From assembly GCA_907165135.1 (NCBI GenBank), contig OU015570.1, positions 2,315,929 through 2,379,928 of the forward strand: DNA of 64,000 nt. Direction: 5' to 3'. Position numbers and translations under genes: made by a program. The number at the start of each line of letters is the position of its first letter. Positions within the stretch are counted from its first letter, which is position 1. Source of the stretch: Oikopleura dioica. Taxonomy: Eukaryota; Animalia; Chordata. Shown piece after piece: positions 13,871 to 26,330 of this stretch. The notes beneath the pieces were generated by a model. The model had not been told where the DNA came from, ran no database searches, and worked only from the letters and a program-made list of their open reading frames with translations.

Positions 13871-14267
13871 CAGTGAAAACTCAAAAATTGGCCGGATTTC
13901 AGATCCAAATTTCCGAAAAAAGCGGCCAAATTTTGAGTTTTTTGCCGGGTAGCCAAGCTTCCTCTTCAAAAAAGCAAAGTTTCGAAATTTTCGAATTTGG
14001 GCATGATTTTCACGTTTTTGATGTATTTAATTCAATTTTTCTGCTTGTTCTAAGTCATTTTTATCAAAATAAAGTTATTTTAGATGATTTAAACGCTTCA
14101 AAATAGCTTAAAATGGTCAGAAAGACCAAAATTTTGGTCTATTTTGATGCAAATTTTTTTATTTTTGAAAAAGCGGCCAATTTTTGAGTCTTTTTCAGAT
14201 TCAAAATTCAGCCAATTTCGATCAAAACCGGCCAAATTTAGAGTAGGCAAATTTTGAGTTTTCACTG
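13871..14267. mobile_element. Tc1/mariner-type MITE, 397 bp
   Basis: TIR CAGTGAAAACTCAAAA with a TA TSD; inserted just after the YLDD motif of the Penelope RT. Confidence 0.9.
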
Positions 14268-14499
14268 TACACTAAAAACGTATCGTCAAGATACCTTTTG
14301 TATAAATGAATAATTCCTCTCTGAATGAACTGTTCGACTGATTTACGTTCCAAATAGTCTAAAAACAGACCCGCAGGATTTGGAGACACTGAGTCTATGG
14401 TGGTTTTATACTGAAAGTAATTGGAACACGGGAATCAATCTCGAATATGTTTATTAATCCTGATAGGTATGAGCAGAAAATAATAAAATATATATATAT

Positions 14500-15095
14500 T
14501 GATGAATTTAAAAAACTTTTTGCAGGCAAAATCCTGACTTTGCCTGTTTTTATATTCAGCAGAAAGCCCGTAAAATTCTGAGTCGACTGCACTAGATTCA
14601 GACCGAAATCCTCAGAGGATGACGTCATAAATTACGCTAGAAGTTAGCAAAAATGGCCATTTCGGGCAAACTTTGAGTCACTTTTTTTCGACTTTTTTGA
14701 CGGAGTTTTCTCATGTTCTATAGCTCAAATTGATTCTTATGAAAAACTGTACTAAGGTTTTTCATAAGTTTTCATTTCCTCGAAATTTTTTTTTCGGAAA
14801 ATTCTAGAGCCAACTTTTTCAAATTTTTTTTCCTAATCCGTAAAAACCTAAGTACAGTTTTGAATAAGCTTTCATTTGAGCTATCGAACAAAGAAAAATT
14901 AAAGCAGGAACGCAGTTAAAATAAGACTCAAAGTTTCGGCTTTTTGGAACCTTCTGACGTCATTTGTGACGTCATTCTCTAGAAAATTTCGAAAACGAAT
15001 TGGTTGAATCGACTCCAAATTTTACGGGCTTTCTTTAGAGCTGAAAATCTAACCACCTAAGAATTTAGCTTGCAAAAAGTTTTTTTAATTCATTA
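14500..15095. mobile_element. MITE inserted in the 3' LTR of the Tor-like element
   Basis: TGATGAATTTAAAAAACTTTTTGCA / TGCAAAAAGTTTTTTTAATTCATTA inverted ends; absent from the other LTR. Confidence 0.8.
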
Positions 15096-15440
15096 TTATA
15101 TTTTATGTTATACCTGTAAAGTCAGGGAAAAGAATAATAAAATTATAGAGGTACAGTCGTTTTTATAGTGTAGGACACCACCCATCGGTGGCACGGACTT
15201 AGACTTGGTCGTATGAACTCGGCGTTGGCCATATCGCCAACGCTGGAATAGAGAGGGGCGAGCTGTCAAGGTATGAGTGAGTGAAAGCCTTGGCGTTGGG
15301 CGCGTCACGCCTCACTGAGCATAATTACGTTTACCACGCGCGCTAGAATTCCATATTTCGAAGCGAAAACAGTAGGAAAACCACTACATATTTTCCCCTT
15401 TTTATTTTTGAAGCGAAGCGTCCGTTGAGCGTAGAAATAT

Positions 15441-17124
15441 TTATTGTTCTTCGATGAAGTCCCAAACATTTTCTGGTAGAGAATTATGCTGGATGGAGTT
15501 TACGACTTGTAGAGATTCCGAATGTGAAATTTCTGCATGATTGATTCGGTAAGTCGAGAAATTGTGAGCAAGATCATTTGTGAAAATTTTGATGCGAGTC
15601 CTCGCGTATTTGAGCTGGTCGACAATTGATTTTGAATCGGCTTCTAGAAATTTGAAAGCGATCCTTGAGGTGTAATATCGTTTTTCATAGATTGTTTGAA
15701 ATTGTCTCATTAATTCGATGCGAGTGTTTTTATCGACCAAAAGCTGATAGAGAATTGCTGTCTCGCTTATCCAGTTGAGAAAACTGTCATGATTTTAAAA
15801 AAGCAAATCCTGGAGGTGGTTGATATCAAAGTGAAAGTGATCTTTAAGGGACTTAGCTTCGTTTTTCAATTCTTCAAGTGAATTGGAATAGTGACATCAA
15901 AGAGAGCAGGAATGATAAAGCGTTGAATTAGCCGCTTTGGAGGAGCGTCGTTGAGCAGGAAGAAATCATTTTGAAGAGAGGTCATTTTCGATTTTTTTCT
16001 CTTTAAAAATAAGTATTGGACCGACCAGTACTCCTTTCAGAACCATTTTTTTCTAAGGCTAGAATGCGCCATCGAGTGTTTCTTCCGGACGTTGTGAGGT
16101 CATTCCGATGTCTTTTCTTGTGGACATTCGTGACCAGTGATAAGTAGTCAAAGTCGTGAGTTGGGAAATATTCGGAAAAATGTCCACAAAAGTGGGCAAG
16201 GGTTCCCAAAAAAATGTCCCGCCGTAGTGTATTAAAATTTTTTCAAACATAAGTTTTTATAGAAAAATGACAAATTTCATTCTTGAAACGCCTTTCTCTT
16301 GCTTATGTTTATGTTTTTTCGACAAATTTAACAGCTTTAGCCCTTCATTTCACAAAAATAACCCTTGATTTTCGAAAAAAAATATGCTATTATTGCCTCT
16401 AAAATTTTTTTATCAGGAAAAATGTCCACAAAAGTGGAACATTATCTTTGCAATAGTGTCCCACGTAAACCCCTTAAAATCAAGAAAATGTCCACAAACT
16501 TGGGGTCCACAAAAGAGGAAAAAAACTGTATGATAATTTGCTTGTGACTAGTAATTAGAAGCAGATGTTAATTATTCTACTCTCTTGTGAAAACTATGAA
16601 GCTAACGAGCGAAATAACTTCAAACTTAAATATCAGGCATGTGAGCTTTTAAAAGATTAAGTTCATGAAAGTTTTAATAGGGATAAATTGAGCCAACGAG
16701 CAGGGCAATGATTGTAATAAGCTTGTGAACTAAGTATTAAAGCTTGTTTCCCTATCGTTAAGAATATGTAAAGCTATTGAGCGAAGCTTTGAGCTGAACT
16801 TGTGAGTTAAATGCCTAATTATTCATAAAAAGACTTTCTGTGTGTGATTTTGGCAACTGCACCAATTGCCAAACATCTGCAGAAGGATGGACCAAGGTTC
16901 AGGAAAGAGGTACTTATCGTGTGGCCAATTAATAAGTACATTAGCTGGATTATGAGAACAAAAATCCACAGAGGCCTGCATGTAAACTTCGTAATAACGA
17001 CCTGGTTGAGCATTACCAGTAAGCTGGATTCCCATTTGAGCATGATCGGGGGAGTTAGTATTCTAGTGAGCCAATTTCCAGTTGTGCATTGAATCGTTGA
17101 AGTTGTGAGGAACCAATTAAACAA
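15441..17124 (-). pseudogene. Third (env-like) ORF remnant, interrupted by a MITE at about 15980-16545
   Basis: Lies between IN and the 3' LTR. Fragments include PPKRLIQRFIIPALF (furin-site/fusion-peptide-like) and Cys/Trp-containing segments. Confidence 0.4.
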
Positions 17125-17357
17125 TTGACATCGATGTTGTGTGAGCAGGGCTTTAGACTACAGTGTGAGCGAGCAATTCAAATATGAGTGAACGGTGGCT
17201 AGATATTGGGAACGCATATCTGATCACCACCACGTCGTGAAAATTTGACGATTTGTGAGCGAGATAGTCGAGCAGCTATCTGTGAATAAGGTCGAGTTAT
17301 GAGCAAAACTTCTAGACCATTATACGGATTAGTCGAGCAGCTAATCACTTGACAACA

Positions 17358-20275
17358 CTATCGTCGTGAGCGGAGACGATCTTTCCAAACGTTGTCGTGA
17401 GCTGAGTCATCTCTATCACTTGGCTCTTTATGATCTTTATGACTCGTTAACATCTTTTTATTCTTCTGAGCAGGAATGATCTCATCTCTATCAACAAGGA
17501 GCGGTTGATCTTTATGAGAGCTTATTTTTGACTTTTCATTCTTCTGAGCAGGAATGATCTCATCTCTATCAACAAGGAGCGGTTGATCTTTATGAAAGTT
17601 AACTTTAGACATATTCTTAACTTCGTCTTTTAGGAATTTCCCTTGTAATTCGGCCACGTCATCTTCCTTGATAAATTCTGTTCTGTTTAAGGCAGTCTTT
17701 CGTTTGAGCGGTCGAATCAGACTGATATGACGCCGATATTCTTTCTTCGTATATGGACATTTGATTATGCAGCTGTCCTTAGATAATCGTCGGTGAACTT
17801 TGAATGGACCTGACCAGTGAATTCCAAGTTTTTCAGAGTATAAGTCTTGTTTCCAACAGAGTACGGAAGTGCCAATTTCGAGAACAGGGCAATCACTTTT
17901 GTCTCTTTGAAGGAGTTTTTGGTATCTTTGAACTTGGAAGTTAAGTATCGCAGGATGGAGTTTCTTCATGTATTCATTCAGAGCAGTAATGAATGGTTTG
18001 GAGTTTTCAGCAACTGGATCTTTGAGCGTAAATTGAATGTGAAATTGCCTCCCGTAGACAGCTTCGTTACTTGAGATTCCATCGAGACTTCCTTTTGGCA
18101 TGTTATTTATGTAGTACTGAGCAAACGGCCAGTTATCAGACCATGAGCGGTTTGTTGCGAGTAGGACCTTGAGTTTTTGGTGTAGGTCGCGATGAGTCCG
18201 TTCAACTTTACCATTCGCTTTACTGTGATAGGCTGTAGTAGTTGAGTGACGAATTTCGAATCGCTGGAGAATCGCTCTTGTTTTTGGTCCAAACTCACCG
18301 CCATTATCAGAAACGCAATTCTGAGAGATGCCATGACGCAGTATGAGTTTGAGGAAGGCTTATGCCACTAAGTTATCAGTTTTATTCGAAAGTGGTTCGC
18401 CATCCAAATATCCAGTTAAACTATCGACATACGTGAGCAGGTATCGTTTTCCATTGCGATCAGTTCGTCCATAATCGACGAGATATATGAATACTTTTTC
18501 GAAGGGTAATTGAGCAAAAATTCTGTCCTTAATGAGCGATGGGCGAAGTTGTTTGAGTGGTTTAAGTCGGATGCATGTTTCACACGAGCTGGTGATCGCT
18601 CTGACTTTTTGTTGAACATTACTGATGAAAAATCTTGTGAGCATTTGCACTAGCTGTTGACTTCCAGCGTGAGCGGTTATTGTGTGCAAGTATTGTATAA
18701 ATTCATCAGCAAGCGAACTTGGGAGAACAAGTCGATCACGAGAATAGAGCACATTGTCCTTGATCGTGAATCGCTTCTAATAAGGATTTATTTGCGATTT
18801 GACAATTAAATTTCTCGTGTCCGAGCAGGCATTCTGAGCAGTTGCCATTTCTTCTGACGAAAATGAGCGATCTTCGAAAGAGAATATAACATCATCTTGT
18901 GAAAGAGCGTGAGCAGCAAATGTTGTGTCAGCGACATCGAAGTAGTCTTCTGACTCTCTTTCTAGATCAGCGGACTTTGATTTCGGTAATCTGCTGAAGA
19001 AGTCGGCAGATGCCATTTCCGGACGTGATCCACTTTTATGTATGATGTTGAAATTAAATGAGAGCAGGTAGTGATGAACATTCACTAATTTTATATCCAA
19101 TTTTGATCGGCGCGCTTCACGGAACAGGAAGAGCAAACTTTTATGATCCACATAAACATCGAATTCAGTGTTAATTAGGTAGTATTCAAAGAACTAAATA
19201 CCCCAACACAATGCAAAAAGTTCTTGGTGTGGAATATTTAATGATGATTGAGTTTCCTGAATAATTCTGAGATGCTTCCATTTTTCGATTTCTTTTTGAA
19301 CTTGAGCTTGTGAATGGATTGGAATAGGTCTTGGAGGTTGATGAGAGGATTTTGTTTCATCGAAGAGCGGAAATGTATATCGAAATCCGAATAGTCTGCC
19401 AATATCATCGCTATCCATATTGAAGCTTAGCCTGTACTTGTGAATGAGTTTATCTAATTCAGCTTTTTGTCGAGGAGTCGATGAGCCGTATGAACCAATT
19501 TCTGGAAAGAAGTTTGTCTTTTGAGCGAGTTTAGATCTTCTTTCGATGAATTCCTTATGTTTATGTTTTTCTTCACCAGATTTCTTGTCTATTTCTATAA
19601 AACAGTCGTTTTCCATCTTTAGAGCGTTTTTCGGATGACAAGGGTTGACCAAAACGCTCTTAAGTTGGAAAATTTACGATCAAACTAGGATGACAGTGGG
19701 TAAAAATGATGCTTATTATGCATAAAATGAGCTCTTTTCAGAACTCTAACAATGTATCCGAGGTCATTTTTACCTATTTATGATAAAATATTTACGATCT
19801 TTCAATCAGAATGAATGATTTCACCTAAAAATAAGCGTAGAAAACATCATTTTTAATGATTTTTAAGGTTAAAATAAACGTTATTCTGATAATTAATTAA
19901 AAATACCCAAAAACGCTCTAAAGTTGGAATTTTTGCTGATGACAAAATACGGAAAATATTGGCAAAAACGCTCTTAACTTGGGCGCTCTTAAGATGGAAA
20001 ACCACGGTACCTGTAAGAAGTAAGTCTGATGAGTAGGGATCAATTGTTGGTATGGTTTTGTTTTGGAGTGTGATTGAGTTATCTCCTATCGTGATGTTTT
20101 TGAGCGTGTCCATAACACTTAAGAGTGATATTTGACGGTTTTTGATGGATGGATGCAGGAAGAAGAGCGAGAACATCTGAGCGGATGCATGTTCTACTGC
20201 AACCAGAATCAATGAGAGCGGGTAATCGGAGTCCATTAAGCAAGATTTTGACATATTTAAGCGAGGCGGGAGCAA
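17358..20275 (-). pseudogene. pol: pol remnant: protease, truncated RT, RNase H C-terminus, integrase
   Basis: CLMDSD (PR), HQPPRPIP..VQKEIEKW (RT N-terminus), HQELFALCWGI and VYVDHKSL...SADFFSR (RH), HAGSQQ...CETC, LLTYVDSLTG and KVERTHR (IN), with stops and frameshifts. Confidence 0.88.
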
Positions 20276-20312
20276 AGTTAACGTATTTACACGTTTCTGT
20301 TGACTGAGCTAG

Positions 20313-21613
20313 TCATGCCTCATTTTTGAGCGCGTCCTTGATTTCTTTTGGGACCTTGTCGCTGTAAATGTACTTGTATTTTGAGCCGAATCTACACTTT
20401 TGATGCTTCGTGTAGGTGATGCAGTGTCCGTCAAGTTTCTTCATAAGTTCCTTTGAAAGTCGTCGTCTTGGGACTTTTTGCTTCTTTTCTGGAGCATTTG
20501 ACAAAGTCGCGACGATTTCTTTTAGCTTCGAGCAGAGCTGTGAAAGTTCTGAGTTTTGAACTTTTGATTGATCATCATTGGCGAAAATATTTTCTCTCTT
20601 GAAGAAGGATCGTTCAAGTTCTGTTGCACGCTGAGCAATGTTTCGGAGATTGAGTAATGACTTTTCCCGTTTGAGCAGTTCCATAAGTCGCGGTTCTTGA
20701 GCTGTAATGAACCGTTCACAGATAATTGATTCGTCAGCTGCATCCAAAGTTTGTTTACCATAGCCTTTTTTGAAGTAGGCTTGCAGCTTTGTCAGAGCCA
20801 TTGCTTGAGTTTCGCTTCCTCTTTGGAATGAGTTGTAGAGATGTTTGTAGTATTCTCAGTCTTTTCCAAGAACGTCAGAAAGTTTGGTCTTGAACGCATT
20901 CCAATTTTTATGTTCTTCTGGAGTGATTGCTTCAATCAAAGAAGTTCCGCTTTCTTCTGTCAGGAGCTGAGACAGGGCGACTTTGATAAGTTCTTCTTCA
21001 GAGATGATTGAGCATGCCTTGAACAACTCCATCGCATTAATCCAATTCTCAACTGGTAATTGAGAGTCAAACTTTGGTGTTTTCATCTTAAATTTTCCAG
21101 AGGCACTAATTGGATCAACTTTTTGGGAGCTGCCGTGAGAGTTCTTTGCAGAAGATTGAGCTTTTTGTTTGGTATTTCCAGAGGACTGATTTCCGGTAGG
21201 ATTTCCGGTCGAGGTGCTAGGTTTTTGCTCTTGAGAGTTTTGAGGTTCCGGTTTGACATCGATTTTGGAGTCTTCATCAATTTTTTTATAATTGATGCAA
21301 ATTGATCCATTGTCACAATTTCGTTTATCTTATCAATGTCAATTCTATGATCGGATCTGGCAGTCTTTTGAACTGCCTCACCGACATATTCAGGATCATA
21401 TCCGAGAATATCACCATTTTTCCGGAAGTAAAACTTCTTTTCACGGTCTTTGAGAAAATCGGGTTGAATTGCCAAAAGGTTCAAAACAATGCCCGTTTTA
21501 TCGAATCTCGGAATCGGAAGTGGATATTCAGGACTAGGATGCCTGTCATAAATGACCATGAGTTTTTTTGCCGTAAGATCGACATTAGTCTTGAAATAGA
21601 TTTCTTCAGCCAT
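20313..21613 (-). pseudogene. gag: gag remnant with a decayed CCCH-like finger
   Basis: ORFs 21083..21613, 20856..21086 and 20313..20801; VENWINAMELF; CITYTKHQKCRFGSKYKYIY. Confidence 0.7.
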
Positions 21614-22490
21614 GATGGATGAATTGTCCCTAAACTGTTAAACTTACCGGATGTCAATTAATCTCTTATATCTCTATTGATGGGCGTACCGATTATTTCA
21701 GTCACCAAAATATATGGTGGTTTTATACTGAAAGTAATTGGAACACGGGAATCAATCTCGAATATGTTTATAAACCCTGATAGGTGTGAGCAAAAAATAA
21801 TAAAATATATCTATATAATATTTTATGTTATACCTGTAAAGTCAGGGAAAAGAATGATAAAATTATAGAGATACAGTCGTTTTTATAGTGTAGGACACCA
21901 CCCATCGATGGCACGGACTTAGACTTGGTCGTATCAACTCGGCGTTGGCCATATCGCCAACGCTGGAATAGAAAGGGGCGAGCTGTCAAGGTATGATGGA
22001 GTGAAAGCCTTGGCGTTGGGCGCGTCACGCCTCACTGAGCATAATAACGTTGACCACGCGCGCTAGAATTCCATATTTCGAAGCGAAAACAGTAGGAAAA
22101 CCACTACAAGTCGCCCATCGAAAGACCCTGTAGCTGTCTGTAAACTTTTTCGCAACATCGAAATGCGGTATATTTTTGTAAAACAGCCTTTAGTAATGGC
22201 CGTTATTTTGTTTTTGGAATCGGTTGTTTTAGTTTACCCTTTTTATCTCTGTATCTAGGAAGACATTTATGCGGTGACTTAACATTATAAATTTCATTTT
22301 CAAAAAATGAGATGAGAAGATCAGTGTCAACAGATGGATATAATTTAGTGATATCTAAAGAAACGTAATCAAATTTTGACATGTCAAATTTCTCGGATTT
22401 GAACCACAATGAAAACTCTTTGGAATTTCGAACGCAAAATTTTGGAGAGAATGATGTCAAAATAGGTTCCAAAATATGTTTTAGAAGGAT

Positions 22491-24850
22491 TCATCCGTGT
22501 ATTTTTCGACACTTCTGGAGAAGTTGAGCTGTAAGTTCCTCGACTTGTCGGTTCTTTCCTTTGATGGTTTCTTCGAGTGATGATTGATTCAATGCTCGTT
22601 GAATTTTCCGTTGCTTCAGCGAGCTGTTGCTCAGAAAGATTATGAGTCTTTGCGAGTTGTTCCAGCTGGTTTTCAAGCTCATCCCTGTTTTTTTTTCGAG
22701 TTGAGCTATTTTCGACTGAGCAATACTGATCTCTTCGAGTTTTTGCTCAAGTTCTTGTTTAGAGTGCGCTTTGAATCGAGCAATTTCGATCTGAAGCTCG
22801 TCCCGTTTTTTTTCTCAACTCATTCTGTTTTCCTTCGATTCTTCCTGCGTAGAGTTTATTTCTTCTTCGAGCTTTGTTCTCTCCCCGCAGAATCGTTCTG
22901 CCGCAGCTGTCGATGAGTCTTGTAGAGTTTTGACATGTTCAGAGACTGAACGAAGGTAATTCTCTAATTGAGCACGCTCTGCAACAAACTGCTCTTTTTC
23001 TTTCTCTCGGAGCTTATTTGCATCTTCTTTCTCCTTTTCAAGAGCTTCTTTCTGTCGCTGGAAAGATCGATTTGCACTTTCTCCTTTGCTATTACTCTGC
23101 TCCAGGTCGATTCTTAGCGTTCGATTTTCTTCGCGGATTTTGTTTTGAGTCGCTCGCGTTTCCAATATTCTCCTCAGCGACCTTGGTGTTGTTCAAAAGA
23201 GTGCTTTGGAATCGCTCACGCTCGTCTGGTGTCATTTCATCGAGCTCAGTGATTGATTTCGTTAGCTCCTCGACTTGAGCTGTGAGCTGACCGATCTGAT
23301 TCTCAATGTTAAGTTTCGCACTTTCCCATCCTTCTTGTTGTCTTCTAGCTTCGCTTGCACGCTCGTCGAAATCCTTGTTCGCGTTTTGAATGGAAAGCTT
23401 AACTTGTCGCTTTTCTTCTCCCCAATCAGCAGCTTTGGTGTTGATATCCACCTGAAGTAGGCGAAGACTCTCGGCAAGATCCATCGTCTGCTTTTGGGAC
23501 TTTTCTAGTTCAACTTGATGCTGAGCAAGCGCATTCGTAAGTTCAGCTTCTCGATCTTGGTACATTTGGAGTTGTTGATTGTATTCATTGTTTTGCTTCC
23601 CTAATTGATTTTCAGGATCTGCAGATTTCTCGGTCATTTCTTGAACAGCATTTTCGAGTCGTTTGCGTTCCTCAGCCCAAGAATTTTGCTTGTCTTTGAA
23701 TTCTTTAGTCAACTCACGGGTCGCCTGATTTAGCTGTTGTTGGAGAATTTCAGTCGTTTCGACTGAATCGGACTGTAATTTCTTTGCTTGGACTCCAGTT
23801 TTTTCAAGTTCTTCCTGGTTTTCTGCTAGGAGCTTTTCTACTTCCACCTTGGATGTTTCCAACTTCTCATTTTGATTTTGAACAACGTCAAGTTGTTTCA
23901 TCGTTTTAGAAATTTTCATTTCATACTCCCGCTGTTTTTCACCAAATGGAGTTTGAGCATTTGTTTGTGCATCCTGAGCTTCTTTCGAATAGTTTTCCAA
24001 AGATTTAACGAGCTGGTCTTTCTCTTGGAGATGACGCTGCTCTTCAGCCGTGATTTTCTGTTCCAAACTGCTTTTTCCAGCTTGGAGCATAGCAAATTGA
24101 GCCTGAATCTGCTGCGCTGCTTCTGTCATCTTAGTCGAGGTGGACTCTTTGGAAAAAAAACTCCTGCTGAAGCATTTCGATTATTCTAGCGCGGCCGGAA
24201 ACAGTCTCCTTGAGCTCAACGACTTTCATGCGTCGCATTCGTCCCATGTGGGCTTCGTTGAGCACTGGATTGCCCTGCGCCGCTCGCAGGGCTTCTTGAA
24301 GGTATTGCTGTAATTGTTTGTCTTTGGCCTGGAGGTGAGTCTGCATCTCGATCACATTCTGCTGAAGCGTCGTTGAATTCTTACGAAGTTCCCATCGATC
24401 CCCTCATTTCCGTCAGTTGAGCATGATATTGTTGAGCAAGAGCAGTGTGCTCACTTGCTTGAAGCTCAATAGCCTGGCTTGAGGCTCGTTGCTGAGCGAG
24501 TTCTTGCTCGTGGTGGGATCTCGCCTGGCGGAAATTTTCAGAAGCGCCTTGAAGTCGACGCTCGAGCTCTTGATTCAGTGAGTTGAGCTCGACAACTTGA
24601 CGTTCCAAGCTTAGCTGTTTGGACGTGACGCCGGATAATTGGTAGTCACCGCCATTCTTCTGGTTGCCGGATACTGACGGAGCGCGTTTTGGATATTTGC
24701 CTTCTTTTTGAGATACTTGTTGGTTCAGCATTGTGAGGTGTTCAGACAGTGTCTAGCCGCCCCGGTGTCTGGCCGCCCCGTCGCAGATGATCTTCTGGGC
24801 CAGAATAAAATGACCACATCGAACGGGAATCTGCATCTGGATCCATGCGA
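22491..24850 (-). pseudogene. Intronless long coiled-coil ORF (about 750-780 aa) broken by frameshifts, possibly ORF1 of the Penelope-like element
   Basis: ORFs 24381..24731, 24131..24355, 23092..24129, 22815..23165 and 22491..22682 are Q/E/K heptad-rich and joined by single-base frameshifts (extra G near 24392, T8 run near 24153). Confidence 0.65.
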
Positions 24851-25504
24851 GTGAAAACGGGAGGCTGACCATTTCGCTGTGATCGCTTGCTTTCTCGAAA
24901 TTAGCCTTGACCTAATATACGTGAGTTTGCCCCGGGCGGACTAAAAGTGTCTCTAGCTCCACCTACGAGTCCTGGCGGAGGAGAGAAGCTTGCTCTCATT
25001 ATTTTTTTGACATTTTGAAACCCAATTTTCAATTGCAGTTTTCAAATAACCATTTTTTTGCGAATAATGAAATTCCTGCAATTCAACCCGAGAATAAGCC
25101 TAGACCTATACTTTCATCAGTTTATTTAAAAAAAATAAAAATATTTTAATTAAATATCGATTTATAGCGACTTGGGTTACTTGAAAGCTCTTTAGCGACG
25201 AAAACCCTTCACTAGCGCAAAACTACTCTCAAACTCACTTGTTTTTTTTTTATATAAAGATATTTTCGAATACAATAATTTAAGTGTTGTTATCAAGGCT
25301 GCAAAAGAATCGTTGGAGGAGAATCAGAGGCTACCGATAGGATTCTTATTCGGAAAATCAGGACTTTTTTCATGAAAAATCGTCTCTTTTTCACTTCCCC
25401 TCATATGAACGGGCGCGGTCCGCCATTTCTAGCTTCGCGGCTCGTTTATATAGGGCCTCCTTTTTTACGACGTTTTAATATTTATGACGATGGCTCCAGC
25501 CCTA

Positions 25505-25765
25505 ATTATTTTCCAGGGTATCCAGCTGCTCCTTTTAAATGATGGCTCGCACGTGTTCTAGTTGCTTAATATTCATTTCCTGCATTGTTACTTCTCAGCA
25601 GATTTTTACGCTTTGCACCTGCTTCTAGTTTTTCGTTTTCCAGGGTATTCAGCTGCTCCTTTTAAATGAGGGCTCGCACGTGCTAGTTGCTAAATGTTCA
25701 TTTCCTGCATTGTTACTATTCAGTGGAATTTTTACGCTTTGCACCTGCTTCTAGTTTTTCGTAAT
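25505..25765. repeat. Direct tandem duplication of about 130 bp
   Basis: TTCCAGGGTAT(C/T)CAGCTGCTCCTTTTAAATGA...CACCTGCTTCTAGTTTTTCG occurs twice. Confidence 0.8.
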
Positions 25766-26228
25766 TACAGCTTGAACAAAGGGATCCCAAACAATAGTTG
25801 GTTTTCCATTCTCTCGATTGCCAGCTGTCCCCTAAAATTACACGGAAGAATTATTTTTTGGTGGGCCCGCAGCCTAATTATCCCTAGCGTGCGTCAAACA
25901 GAAAATACACAAAAACCAAACAAGCAACTTCCTTCCGCGAATAATCTCATCCTTTTCATAGACATCTCCTGATACGACCTAGGAAAATATCGTAAATTCA
26001 CGATTTCTCAACGTTCGCGAATCTTGGCCTTAACATGCAAGCAGTAGTTTAAAAATTGATCCCCAGCATCACACAATTTTGACGTACACCAATTTGCGAA
26101 CTGTATAAAAAAAAGAATCAAATTTCAAGCGATTACTTCTCTTCATAGATTCCATTGTCCACACATTTTGTATATTCAATAAGGCTTTGGGTCGTCAAAA
26201 CTTCTGACACCAAAATGTGATGATCTCT

Positions 26229-26330
26229 AGTAGTAATATCGCGAGTAGCGAAATATTAAGTGGCCTAAGTGCCCGAGACCAGCTGGTCACCTGGGCCGAC
26301 AAGTTCACGGTACCAGATGGTCAAGGGCTA
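26229..26330 (+). repeat. Left terminal inverted repeat of the Polinton (degenerate extension to about 26374)
   Basis: Reverse complement of 56818-56919 except CTGGGCCGAC vs CTGGCCCGAC. The terminal AGTAGT is typical of Polintons. Confidence 0.97.

Larger units (their letters stand above)
14396..22108 (-). mobile_element. Ty3/gypsy (Tor-like) LTR retrotransposon, decayed, 7.7 kb
   Basis: LTRs at 21713-22108 and 14396-15388 (the latter holds a MITE). 4-bp TSD AGTC at 14392-14395 and 22109-22112. Partial PBS TGGTGAC and PPT AAAAAGGGGAAAA. gag, PR, RT, RH and IN remnants in gypsy order. Confidence 0.93.
9995..22490 (-). mobile_element. Penelope-like retroelement (RT plus GIY-YIG) in four pieces: 22109-22490, 14268-14395, 13622-13870, 9995-10659
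   Basis: Removing the insertions gives YVSLDITKLYPSVD...YRQLQGLSMGD|SVSPNPAG...YKRYLDDTFLVY|KKGH...KVTVEY..LKFLD...MKRGFI /gap/ KYSSQGYPEK...CVYLFTCCCGVRYIG...R..DH...FEALEIR..PRLNKQ. Confidence 0.92.
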
